Position numbers and translations under genes: made by a program. The notes under the pieces are model-generated. The model was not told the origin of the DNA, did no database searches, and saw only the letters and a program-made list of their open reading frames with translations. Source: a virus. Taken from it: a stretch of 34,740 bases of DNA. The stretch's first letter is position 1. Each line of letters opens with the position of its first letter. Shown here piece by piece: positions 5,692 to 13,101 of this stretch. The stretch spans positions 1-34,740 of the IMG/VR virus record IMGVR_UViG_2915242197_000001, one strand, 5' to 3'.

Positions 5692-8436
5692 ATGGCAGAC
5701 ATAAACAAACTGAAACGCCTTATCGACTTGCACGACCTGGCCGACCGCCTGGGCCTCAAGCGCGGACCAGGTGGAGAAAAGGCGCTGTACCACTCACCGC
5801 AACACCCGGACAAAAGCCCATCCCTCTCGATCTTCGTTGACCATCCCAAGAACGGGACCGGCTGGAAGGACCACAGCCAGGAAGGCGTGGGCGGCTCTTG
5901 CATCGACCTGGTTATGCTCAAGTTCGGCATGTCGGCCAGCGAGGCAATGAAGTGGTTGCACGAGTCCTACGCCATTCCATTCGACAAACCAGAACAGCCC
6001 CAGGAGCAGCGCCCTAAAAGTACCCTCGATTTCATCGCTGAAAAATGCGTCAACGGCCGGGAGAAGGCGCGCGAGTATCTGAAAGGCCGAGGTATCAGCG
6101 ATGCCGCGATCGATGCCGGCATGAAGGCCAAGACGATCGGCTACAACGACTGGACCAGCACGGCTATCAGCGAGGGTAATGTGGGGTTCGGCGGTCCTGC
6201 TGCAGCCTTCCTCGTCCGCGATCCTGATACGCTGCAAGTGGTAGGCGTCGATATGCGTTTCTTCGATCCTGAGCGCAACGGGAAAGTAAAGACCCAAAGC
6301 CACGGCACGAAGGACGGCATAGGCTGGACCGTGGACTGGCGCAAGCTGCAACGCGCCGAGCGCGTCTACATCGTAGAAAGCTCGATCAACGCCCTATCGA
6401 TCGACTCTTGCAATATCCCGAAGGCGGCCAGCTTTGCTATTCGCGGAATCGGCAATGCTGAGCTGATCGACTTCGCTTTCCTCAAGGGTAAACAGGTCAT
6501 CATTTGCATGGACAATGACGAGCCATTCCCCGATGGCCACCACCAGGCCGGCCGCCGTCCTGGCCCCGAAGCCGCGTGGGCGCTTTACGACCGCCTTACA
6601 GCCATGAACATCAGCGCCGTGATCGTTGACCAGACTGAATGGAAGAACAGCGACGGCGAGAACATCAACGACGCCAACGACGTGCTGGACGAGCTGGGCG
6701 TCGACGCGCTGCGCAAGTTCCTGGACGTGTTTGAACCGTGGCTGATCGCCGGCCAGGTTGGCGACGCCACCAGGAAGGGCAAGCCGCGCGTCTACCTGCC
6801 GGCGCATGACTTCGCCCAATACTGGAAATTCCGCACCCGCCTGGATTTCACCAGTTACATCGGCCGCATGACCAAGAACGACGAAACCGGCGAAGAAACG
6901 CCGGTTCTGCAAGACCTGGCCGGCTTCCGCATCGCATCGCTGAGCCGGGTTTCCGTCGCCAGCGCTACGGCCACCATGACCGGCGACAAGGACCAATCCC
7001 CAAGCGTCTACTTTGCCGTGACGGTGCAGACCCCGCGCCACGGCGCGCAGCTCACCCGCAAGGTGCTGCTTGACGACCAGCTCCACAACACGCAGCAATG
7101 GTCGAAGTTCGGCCCGATCTGGAAGCCGGCCGAGTTCTCGCGTATGGTCAACATCCTGGAACGTACCGCGCACATCGGCGCGCGCAACGCGGCGAACTAC
7201 GTGGGCCTGGCCTGGCGCGATGGCGAGCTGATCGTCAACGAAGGGCCGGACTGCTATTTCACCGAGGGAGAGAAGCAATGCCCCTACTACAACCTCACAT
7301 TCCCGTCAGGACCGGTCCAGGACGCGGCGAAAGTGATCCGGGCATACCAGACCACCTTTACCAACAACGCCGCCTCTACGGCCCTCGTATGGGCCTTGGG
7401 CGGCCATATGAAAACGCTGCTTGGATTCTGGCCCCACATGACCCTCCAGGCTGACAAAAGCTCCGGTAAGTCCACCCTGATTAAGCGCCTGGAGCGCACC
7501 ATCAATTTCACGATGTTTTCCGGCCAGTCGCTGCAAACCGAATTCCGCCTGTTGACCAGCATCAGCCACACCAGCCACCCGGTAGGATGGGAAGAGCTGA
7601 GCGCCCGCCGGCAAGACGTGATCGACAAGGCCGTGGGCCTCCTGCAAGAAAATTACCAATACACCGTGACCAAGCGTGGCGCGGAAATGACCGAGTACCT
7701 GTTGTCCGCGCCGGTCATGCTCGCCGGCGAGGACGTGCCGGTGCGTAGCCTCCTGGGCAAGATCGTGCGTACCACCTTGACCGGGAAAAAAGGACCGCTG
7801 ATGCCGGAAGACCTGCCGCGCTTCCCTGTGCGCCAGTGGCTGCAATTCCTGGCCGGCCTGAACAAGATGGACGTGGTAGCGAAGTACGCCGAGCTGCGCG
7901 ACCACTGCCTGGCGAAAAGCCGCGCCGGCGGCAGCGACGAGGGCGCGAAGCGTATGGCCGGCAACTACGCGGCCGTCATGCTGGCTTGGCGCTACCTGGC
8001 CGAGTTCGCCGGCATGGACTACCGCGAGGGCGACTTCGGGCAAGACCTCCTGAAAGAGATGAATTCCCACCTGTCCGAGTCCAGCGCCGACCGCTCGCCG
8101 TGGGTTTGGATCATGGAAACCGTGCTGTCTGAGATCGACGCCGGCAGCTTCAAGCACCCGTACAAGTTCGACAATATCGATGGTAGCGATGTCCTGTTGA
8201 TCCGTACCGGCCACATCATGGACCACATCGCGCACTCAAGCCATTTGCGCGACAAGTGGAACAGCTTGCCAGTCAAGACGCCGGCCGTGTTCAAACGCCA
8301 GCTTGAGCAAGCCGAGGTGATCGTCGGCGGCGAGGTGGAGCGCACCATTTTGACCAGGCGCGTAGGCCACCTGACGGCGCTGTCCCTGGAAGTCCTGGGC
8401 AAGTTCGGCCTGTCCGTATCGATTCGCAAAGACTGA
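5692..8436 (+). CDS. Replicative primase-helicase fusion (DnaG-like N-terminus, Toprim, C-terminal Walker-A NTPase)
   Basis: The ATG at 5692 follows AAGGA. The N-terminus resembles the DnaG zinc-binding region (HSPQHPDKSPSLSIF ... GGSCIDLVM). A Toprim-like acidic motif is present (YIVESSINALS ... VIICMDNDEPFPDG). Walker A is ADKSSGKST. Confidence 0.8.
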   Translation: MADINKLKRLIDLHDLADRLGLKRGPGGEKALYHSPQHPDKSPSLSIFVDHPKNGTGWKDHSQEGVGGSCIDLVMLKFGMSASEAMKWLHESYAIPFDKPEQPQEQRPKSTLDFIAEKCVNGREKAREYLKGRGISDAAIDAGMKAKTIGYNDWTSTAISEGNVGFGGPAAAFLVRDPDTLQVVGVDMRFFDPERNGKVKTQSHGTKDGIGWTVDWRKLQRAERVYIVESSINALSIDSCNIPKAASFAIRGIGNAELIDFAFLKGKQVIICMDNDEPFPDGHHQAGRRPGPEAAWALYDRLTAMNISAVIVDQTEWKNSDGENINDANDVLDELGVDALRKFLDVFEPWLIAGQVGDATRKGKPRVYLPAHDFAQYWKFRTRLDFTSYIGRMTKNDETGEETPVLQDLAGFRIASLSRVSVASATATMTGDKDQSPSVYFAVTVQTPRHGAQLTRKVLLDDQLHNTQQWSKFGPIWKPAEFSRMVNILERTAHIGARNAANYVGLAWRDGELIVNEGPDCYFTEGEKQCPYYNLTFPSGPVQDAAKVIRAYQTTFTNNAASTALVWALGGHMKTLLGFWPHMTLQADKSSGKSTLIKRLERTINFTMFSGQSLQTEFRLLTSISHTSHPVGWEELSARRQDVIDKAVGLLQENYQYTVTKRGAEMTEYLLSAPVMLAGEDVPVRSLLGKIVRTTLTGKKGPLMPEDLPRFPVRQWLQFLAGLNKMDVVAKYAELRDHCLAKSRAGGSDEGAKRMAGNYAAVMLAWRYLAEFAGMDYREGDFGQDLLKEMNSHLSESSADRSPWVWIMETVLSEIDAGSFKHPYKFDNIDGSDVLLIRTGHIMDHIAHSSHLRDKWNSLPVKTPAVFKRQLEQAEVIVGGEVERTILTRRVGHLTALSLEVLGKFGLSVSIRKD

Positions 8437-8447
8437 GCGGGGAAACG

Positions 8448-8708
8448 ATGACCGAGCAAACCCGCTGCATCATGTGCAAACATTTCACCCTGCGGCCGCG
8501 CACCAGGACCGGCAGCAACGAGCCATTGCGCGAGCAGGACCGCCAGTACAGCAAAACGGGCCTGGGCCGCTGTGCGCACACCCAGGAAAGCTACCGCTGG
8601 CACTCGGCCGAGTGTCCCAGGGAATGCGCCAAGGCCGTGCCGATCGACGCCGACCAGGTACAGGCCCGCCGCGCCTACATCGCCAATATCGCATTGGTAT
8701 CAACATAG
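8448..8708 (+). CDS. Hypothetical Cys-rich small protein (86 aa)
   Basis: It starts 11 nt after the primase-helicase stop, following GGGGAAAC. It carries CIMC plus three further Cys. Confidence 0.5.
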   Translation: MTEQTRCIMCKHFTLRPRTRTGSNEPLREQDRQYSKTGLGRCAHTQESYRWHSAECPRECAKAVPIDADQVQARRAYIANIALVST

Positions 8709-8765
8709 TAGCGATTGCCGTTATCTTGATAGCGTGTTGATATCGAAGCGATAGCAGCATGATAG
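8687..8765. repeat. 11-bp-phased GATA/TATC repeat array (locus A), candidate centromere-like site
   Basis: GATA occurs at 8728, 8739, 8750 and 8761, an exact 11-bp period (tTGATAgcgtg tTGATAtcgaa gcGATAgcagc atGATAgaaaa). It is preceded by the inverse TATC at 8687 and 8698 (11 bp apart) and at 8722. Confidence 0.7.
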
Positions 8766-8770
8766 AAAAA

Positions 8771-8794
8771 GGGCCGTCCCGGAGGTGACGGCCC
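8771..8794. terminator. Bidirectional rho-independent terminator between convergent genes
   Basis: GGGCCGTC-CCGGAGGT-GACGGCCC is flanked by AAAAA (5') and TTTCATTT (3'). A second hairpin, CGCCGCA-CTCC-TGCGGCG, lies at about 8806-8823. Confidence 0.65.
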
Positions 8795-8833
8795 TTTCAT
8801 TTCCACGCCGCACTCCTGCGGCGCTGTCTCCTT

Positions 8834-9121
8834 CTAGGTATTGAGTTGGTCCAGTTTAGCGACTTCGTCCAGTACCCAATTTTGATATTCCTCAACCATA
8901 GCGCGGGTTTTGACCAGGCCTTCGTCGCTGCCATCATCGTGTATCGCTTGAAGCACCGTGGTCATGCCCAGCGCTTGCGATCGGAAGTTTTGTAGGATCG
9001 CGCGCCGGCGTTCCATAAAATGGATTTTCAAATCGTCACGCATCGGCACCTTCATATCCAGGATGTCGCGGTTGGTCTGGATCATAACGGCCAGCTCTTC
9101 CGGCTTGATCGATATTGCCAT
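8834..9121 (-). CDS. Hypothetical protein (95 aa), last gene of par operon, visibly lower GC
   Basis: A strong SD (AGGGGGAAG) lies 5' of the ATG at 9121. The start is 8 nt downstream of the RHH gene. The composition looks helical. Confidence 0.65.
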   Translation of the reverse strand: MAISIKPEELAVMIQTNRDILDMKVPMRDDLKIHFMERRRAILQNFRSQALGMTTVLQAIHDDGSDEGLVKTRAMVEEYQNWVLDEVAKLDQLNT

Positions 9122-9129
9122 GCTTCCCC

Positions 9130-9423
9130 CTATCGGTTTGCTTCGCGTTCTTCGGCCGCGACGAACCGCGACACCGCCAGGGCGAAGCCGGCCGCGCGGC
9201 TCAAGCCCAGCGCCTTCGCCTTCTTGTCCAGCTCGGCCAGCAGCTTCGCATCGATCGTCAGGCTGATAGGCTTCTTGCGGCCACCGTCCACCACTGGCGC
9301 CGTAGTGCGCGCATGCGCGCCGGCGTCAGGAGCGGCGGCGATCTTCGCTTGTACGTCCGCTTCGGTCACGCCTGGTTTCAAGGTAATGCCGCCGCCTGGT
9401 TTTGCCGTCATGTTTGATTTCAT
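9130..9423 (-). CDS. Ribbon-helix-helix DNA-binding protein, ParG-like centromere-binding/autoregulator candidate
   Basis: The C-terminal KPISLTIDAKLLAELDKKAKALGLSRAAGFALAVSRFV fits an RHH, and the N-terminal tail looks long and flexible. It lies immediately downstream of parA. Confidence 0.65.
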   Translation of the reverse strand: MKSNMTAKPGGGITLKPGVTEADVQAKIAAAPDAGAHARTTAPVVDGGRKKPISLTIDAKLLAELDKKAKALGLSRAAGFALAVSRFVAAEEREANR

Positions 9424-9446
9424 ATTAATACCTCTCTAATACTGTG

Positions 9447-9474
9447 TTGATCTTATCTTGATATCAAGGTGATG
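9447..9474. repeat. TTGAT array locus B with palindrome TTGATATCAA
   Basis: GAT occurs at 9449, 9460 and 9471 (11-bp phase). The palindrome is at 9458-9467 and is followed by ggTGATG. Confidence 0.7.
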
Positions 9475-9479
9475 TTAGG

Positions 9480-10238
9480 TTAATCGACGGCGACCACATC
9501 ACCCGGTTTCAGCTTGTCACTGGCAACGATGCGGCCGGCGGGGTGTTCCTCGTCAGGCACCAGGCGAACGTAAGCCGGCACATGCTCGCCGTTCGCTGTT
9601 GCCACCGCTTGCTCCACCAGCAGATCGATTTCTAACTTCGCCTCTGGCGGTGCGCCCTTGTATTCCGCGATGTAGCGGCCCTGGGCGCTGGCGTGAGAAA
9701 TCGCCTTGCGATCGCCCAGGCGGGCCGTGATGACCGGGAAACCAGATTCGTACACCGTCGCTATCGCGGCGTAGTTATCGCCCTCCTGGCCGGCCGGATC
9801 GGCTTTGTTCAGGAACGCAATGACCTTGAAATCTTTCACGCCCAGCATTTCACGCAGCAGCTTGACGGTGTTCTCAAAGGCCCAAACCTCATACGAGCGG
9901 GGAGCAAAAGGAAACAGTACAACATCGCAGAGCGTCAGCGCCGCACGCATGGCCCCGTTGTCATTCGCCGCCACGTCGATAACGACATCATCGAACTGGC
10001 CGGCTTTCAACAGGACTTGCGCACGCAGCGACGGACCATCCGGCAGCGGCGTAGCCTCGATGCCTGGCAAGCCGGCTTCAATGCGCGCGGTCAGGGACAA
10101 GAACAGGTGTTTCTGTTCATCGTCGCCATCGACGCCCCAGGCGCGGCGGCCCATGCGAGCCAGGCCGGTAATCAGTTGCGTGGACGTGGTGGACTTGCCA
10201 GCGCCGCCTTTTTTGTTCACTACCGCGTAAATTGCCAT
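9480..10238 (-). CDS. parA: ParA-family partition ATPase (deviant Walker A)
   Basis: It starts MAIYAVVNKKGGAGKSTT, carrying the KGGxGKS/T deviant Walker A. At 252 aa it is in the size range of type Ib ParA/ParF proteins. Confidence 0.9.
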   Translation of the reverse strand: MAIYAVVNKKGGAGKSTTSTQLITGLARMGRRAWGVDGDDEQKHLFLSLTARIEAGLPGIEATPLPDGPSLRAQVLLKAGQFDDVVIDVAANDNGAMRAALTLCDVVLFPFAPRSYEVWAFENTVKLLREMLGVKDFKVIAFLNKADPAGQEGDNYAAIATVYESGFPVITARLGDRKAISHASAQGRYIAEYKGAPPEAKLEIDLLVEQAVATANGEHVPAYVRLVPDEEHPAGRIVASDKLKPGDVVAVD

Positions 10239-10272
10239 GATATTTATTTCCTATTAAAAATATAGCTGTTCG

Positions 10273-10301
10273 ATTGTATGGTAATACTTATTTGATATCA
10301 A
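10273..10301 (-). promoter_or_regulatory. Sigma70-type promoter for parA: TTGATA-N17-TACAAT (minus strand), -35 embedded in palindrome TTGATATCAA
   Basis: On the minus strand, TTGATA (10301-10296) is followed by a 17-nt spacer and TACAAT (10278-10273). The palindrome is at 10292-10301 and is followed by ctTGATG (GAT at 10294 and 10305, 11 bp apart). Confidence 0.65.
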
Positions 10302-10321
10302 CTTGATGGTGTAACGCCGTG

Positions 10322-10684
10322 TTACTGCGACGCTTTCGGCGTATGGTCTTCTAGTGTTTTAAGCAACGCTTCTTGCTCAAGTATCGCATCAACGATCGCA
10401 TGACGGACGTGCATAACTTCGCCTGGCGTGCCGTTGCCATTCTTGACCAGGCGAGCCACATGCGCGGCGTTCTCCAGGTCGAACCGCGTAGCCTGGTGCG
10501 GATCGGCGGTGCGCGGGTTGATCGCCTCGCCGTCCTCGATGTCGAAGGCCAGCGGCAAGCCTTCAACCACCACCACATAGGCTTGCGCCAGCACCACGCC
10601 GCGCAGCGCCTCGCCGGCACGCTGATAGCGGGCGATTGCTTCGCGGGTTTCCTTGAGTACAGCGGTCCAGTCGTTCATGTTCAT
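10322..10684 (-). CDS. Hypothetical protein (120 aa)
   Basis: A good SD (GAGGGGG) precedes the ATG, and third-position GC is high. I do not recognise any motif. Confidence 0.65.
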   Translation of the reverse strand: MNMNDWTAVLKETREAIARYQRAGEALRGVVLAQAYVVVVEGLPLAFDIEDGEAINPRTADPHQATRFDLENAAHVARLVKNGNGTPGEVMHVRHAIVDAILEQEALLKTLEDHTPKASQ

Positions 10685-10757
10685 GTTTCCCCCTCATAGC
10701 GCCCGCTGTGGCGGGCTGGTTGATTCCGGTAAGCCCGCCACCTGGCGAGCTGGCGGG

Positions 10758-10976
10758 TTAGAAAAAGTAGTACGCGACGTTGCCGCATTCCTCGTCCTGG
10801 TCTTCGCTGTCGAAGCGCACACCAGGAACGGCGGCCATGATCGCCTTGGCCTTGGCAAAGGCCGCCGCACCGTCCACCAGTACCGAGAACATGCCGGCGT
10901 TGATGAACGTGATTTCAGCGGTCACACCGTCTTTTTTCAGCGCGGCGGCCATGCGTTCCTGGATGAGATTCAACAT
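10758..10976 (-). CDS. Hypothetical protein (72 aa)
   Basis: An SD (AAGGGA) precedes the ATG at 10976. It has its own TTGATA-N17-TACTAT promoter. Confidence 0.6.
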   Translation of the reverse strand: MLNLIQERMAAALKKDGVTAEITFINAGMFSVLVDGAAAFAKAKAIMAAVPGVRFDSEDQDEECGNVAYYFF

Positions 10977-11009
10977 TGTTTTCCCTTAAAAGTTCATGCG
11001 ACAGACTCA

Positions 11010-11038
11010 ATAGTATCTTAATCTCATGTTGATATCAA
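11010..11038 (-). promoter_or_regulatory. Sigma70-type promoter TTGATA-N17-TACTAT (minus strand), -35 inside palindrome TTGATATCAA
   Basis: On the minus strand, TTGATA (11038-11033) is followed by a 17-nt spacer and TACTAT (11015-11010). Confidence 0.6.
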
Positions 11039-11101
11039 CATGATGTATAAATAATTGTGGTTTGATTGCATCTTGATGTTAATACCAACTTGATATATAC
11101 G
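11029..11101. repeat. TTGAT array locus D (palindrome plus phased TGATG/TTGATT/TTGATG/TTGATA); possible rightward promoter TTGATG-N17-TATACG
   Basis: GAT occurs at 11031, 11042, 11064 and 11075, all on an 11-bp lattice, plus 11092 off-lattice. TTGATG (11073-11078) and TATACG (11096-11101) are separated by 17 nt and face the repeat-rich non-coding region. Confidence 0.6.
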
Positions 11102-11110
11102 GGTGCGCGA

Positions 11111-11287
11111 CGCCGGCGGCCGCAGACCTGGCCACCCGGATCTGCCCTCGATCGGCGCTCGATGCCGAGGCGGGCTGCAGGAAGCGCCGGCGGCCGCCGA
11201 CCTGGTGCGCGATCCAGGACACCGGCCGGCCTCGATCGGCGCTCGATGCCGAGGCCGGCTGCAGCGCCAGGCCGGCCGCTACCTGGT
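11111..11287. repeat. GC-rich interleaved direct repeats (modules A and B, roughly 74-84 bp register)
   Basis: Module B is 35 bp, CCTCGATCGGCGCTCGATGCCGAGGC(G/C)GGCTGCAG, at 11146-11180 and 11230-11264 with one mismatch. Module A, CGCCGGCGGCCGC(A/C)GACCTGG, is at 11111 and 11185, with a partial copy at about 11266-11287. CCTCGATCGG occurs again at 11356. Confidence 0.85.
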
Positions 11288-11469
11288 GCGCGTCATGCCG
11301 GCGGCCGCCGGCGCGATCGCGGCCGCCGAGCAGCTGGTCGACCAGGTGTTTGCGGGCCTCGATCGGGACCAGGCGACGCCGGCCAGGCCGGAAAAGCCGG
11401 CCGGAAAGAGCCAGGGTAGGGCGACAGTCCCGGCGCTGTCGATACGGCACAGGGAAAACCGTGCGGCCG

Positions 11470-11770
11470 TGGATTTGCTGCTGATTTTGAGCTAAGTATC
11501 TGATTTATATAGAAACAGCATCCCCGGATGACTGCCGTTTTTCCCCGGATCGGCCCACTTTGTCCACGCCGCCACTTTCCGCCCCTTTACCTCTCTCTCT
11601 CTCTAAATCATTGAAAAGAAAGAAGAAAAGACAAGCAGGGAAGAAAGGAAGTGCGCGCGCCCATCCACAGGCCAAAGGCGTTTTTCCCCCTGTTTTTCCC
11701 CCTGCCTATTTTTTAATCCCCCGATTCCAGGGCTTCCCCCGGATTTTTCCGGGGATCGTGGGGGATAAAT
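11470..11770. other. Origin-like non-coding block: AT-rich patch, (CT)7, polypurine tract, TCCCCGGAT-type repeats
   Basis: An AT-rich patch lies at 11470-11520. TCCCCGGAT is at 11521-11529 and 11542-11550 (21 bp apart). (CT)7 is at 11591-11604 and a purine run at 11613-11651. GTTTTTCCCCCT is in tandem at 11680-11703. TCCCCCGAT is at 11717 and TCCCCCGGAT at 11735-11744, with an inverted copy at 11748-11757 forming the hairpin CCCCGGA-TTTT-TCCGGGG. Confidence 0.5.
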
Positions 11771-12737
11771 TTTCTCGACAAATCAAGCAGTTACATGCTA
11801 AAGCGACCTCATTCCACCGATCCACGGCCCGCGCTGCCTATGGTCCCGCCACGGCGTAACGACTCTTTCTTTCCCGGCTCGCCTTTCTCGCCCCTCCAAA
11901 ACGCATCAAAACCGCCTCTAACGTGCGTCATGTTGCGTCGGGCATTTACCCCTGATTTCGGCCGAAAGCCGCACCAGGGGCCGCTATAGCCCTGCTGCTG
12001 GCTGCATCAAAAAGGGGGTATCAAGCACAAGAGGCTCGCGGGCGGGAGGGTTCGGCAACCGCAAGCTAACCGCGTCCCTGGTACGCCTCCCAGGCCATAG
12101 GAGGCCCGTAGCGCCGTTTTCAGCCTTGGGACGTGAAAAGGGGCGGCCGCACACCAAAAACGCGCCACAGGCCCGGAGAACGCGCCCCAGGGGCATCGCC
12201 GGCGGCCCGGAACATGAACAACTTGCGGCCCTGGCCGTAGGGTTGCGCCAACAAAGGAACCCGCCGGCCCTATCGGCCAGCGGGCGGCGCTGGTCTGCCG
12301 GCCTTCCTGGCCGCTGGCCGCAACCAGGCCGCCGGCCAGTCCTGGCGCGCGCCTTGGCCGGCGGCTTGCCGCCTGTCCAACTTCGCCGCCTTCGCGCCGA
12401 AGCCGGCCAGGATGCGTTAAACGAGTGAGCGGGGAGTACGGAAAGAATGAAGAAACCCCGGTGCGCTGACGGCCGCCGGCGCGAAGTCGGCCGCCGTCCT
12501 GCAAGCCTGGGGTTATGGGCGCGTGAATGACTAGCGCCGAGCTGGCCGCCGCGTCCCGAGAGGGCGCGGGGTTTCGGGCAGCGTGAACGGGGCGCAGGGT
12601 CCGCAGCCCGCGCGGGGTTTGCGCGGGTGAGCCGGTAGGAGCCGGCCCGGTAGGGCTTGGCCGCTTGCGGCCAACTCCGTAGCCCGGCGAAGACCTGTGC
12701 AACCGTGTGTTGGCGTAAGCGTCACCCTTGTTGAGTT

Positions 12738-12808
12738 TTCCTTGTGCGCGCAGCGCAGTCTGGTTTTGCTTTTCCCAGTCTTCCTTGTGCGCCCAAAGGG
12801 CGCAGTCT
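12738..12808. repeat. 43-bp direct repeat pair, each with a small hairpin
   Basis: TTCCTTGTGCGC is at 12738-12749 and 12781-12792. Each copy is followed by ...GCGCAGTCT (12753-12761 and 12800-12808). The second copy contains the hairpin TGCGCCC-AAA-GGGCGCA. Confidence 0.8.
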
Positions 12809-12919
12809 CGACTTGTCTACCCCGCGATCGTGGAACGTGAGGAACAATCTAATAGGGCAAATAAATTGCGAAATTGGGCGGGAACCCGCGCCAGCACTGG
12901 CTTTCTTCGTTGCGAGGGT

Positions 12920-13033
12920 TACGCACCGTGGTGCGTAGTGCTACGCACGGCGGTGCGTAGAGTCACGCACCTGGGCGGTAAAAGGTGCAGGTTTACCCGT
13001 TTTCGTCAAGAGTCTACGCACGGCGATGCGTAG
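12920..13033. promoter_or_regulatory. Three palindromic sites TACGCAC-N4-GTGCGTA (operator-like)
   Basis: The sites are TACGCACCGTGGTGCGTA (12920-12937), CTACGCACGGCGGTGCGTAG (12941-12960) and CTACGCACGGCGATGCGTAG (13014-13033), plus a half-site TCACGCAC (12963-12970). The centres of the first two are 22 bp apart. Confidence 0.7.
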
Positions 13034-13101
13034 TACCATGCACGTTAGCAGTAAACCTATGTCGTTGAATCGGTAAACCTATGTTCCCTGAGCGGCAAAC
13101 C
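12989..13101. repeat. Iterons GTAAACCT(ATGT) upstream of the RepL-like gene
   Basis: GTAAACCTATGT is at 13051-13062 and 13073-13084 (22 bp apart). GCAAACCT is at 13094-13101 (21 bp further). An inverted copy, AGGTTTAC, is at 12989-12996. A TATGAT -10-like hexamer lies at 13104-13109. Confidence 0.75.

Noticed and set aside
10690-10757. Hairpins GCCCGC-TGTG-GCGGGC and CCCGCCA-N10-TGGCGGG between the 72-aa and 120-aa genes as terminators.
   Set aside because: There are no U-tracts, and the two genes look co-transcribed from the 11010-11038 promoter. These may be mRNA structure only.
11111-11287. Possible CRISPR array (regularly spaced GC-rich repeats).
   Set aside because: There are only two or three copies. 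The repeat modules are interleaved and unequally spaced (74 vs 84 bp). No cas genes are present.
12007-12702. 231-aa minus-strand ORF and other ORFs (11560-11859, 12126-12428, 12728-13033) inside the large intergenic region.
   Set aside because: Their composition is R/P/G-rich, several frames are open at once, and there are no SD or start context and no recognisable motifs. I treat them as non-coding pending homology or ribosome-profiling evidence.
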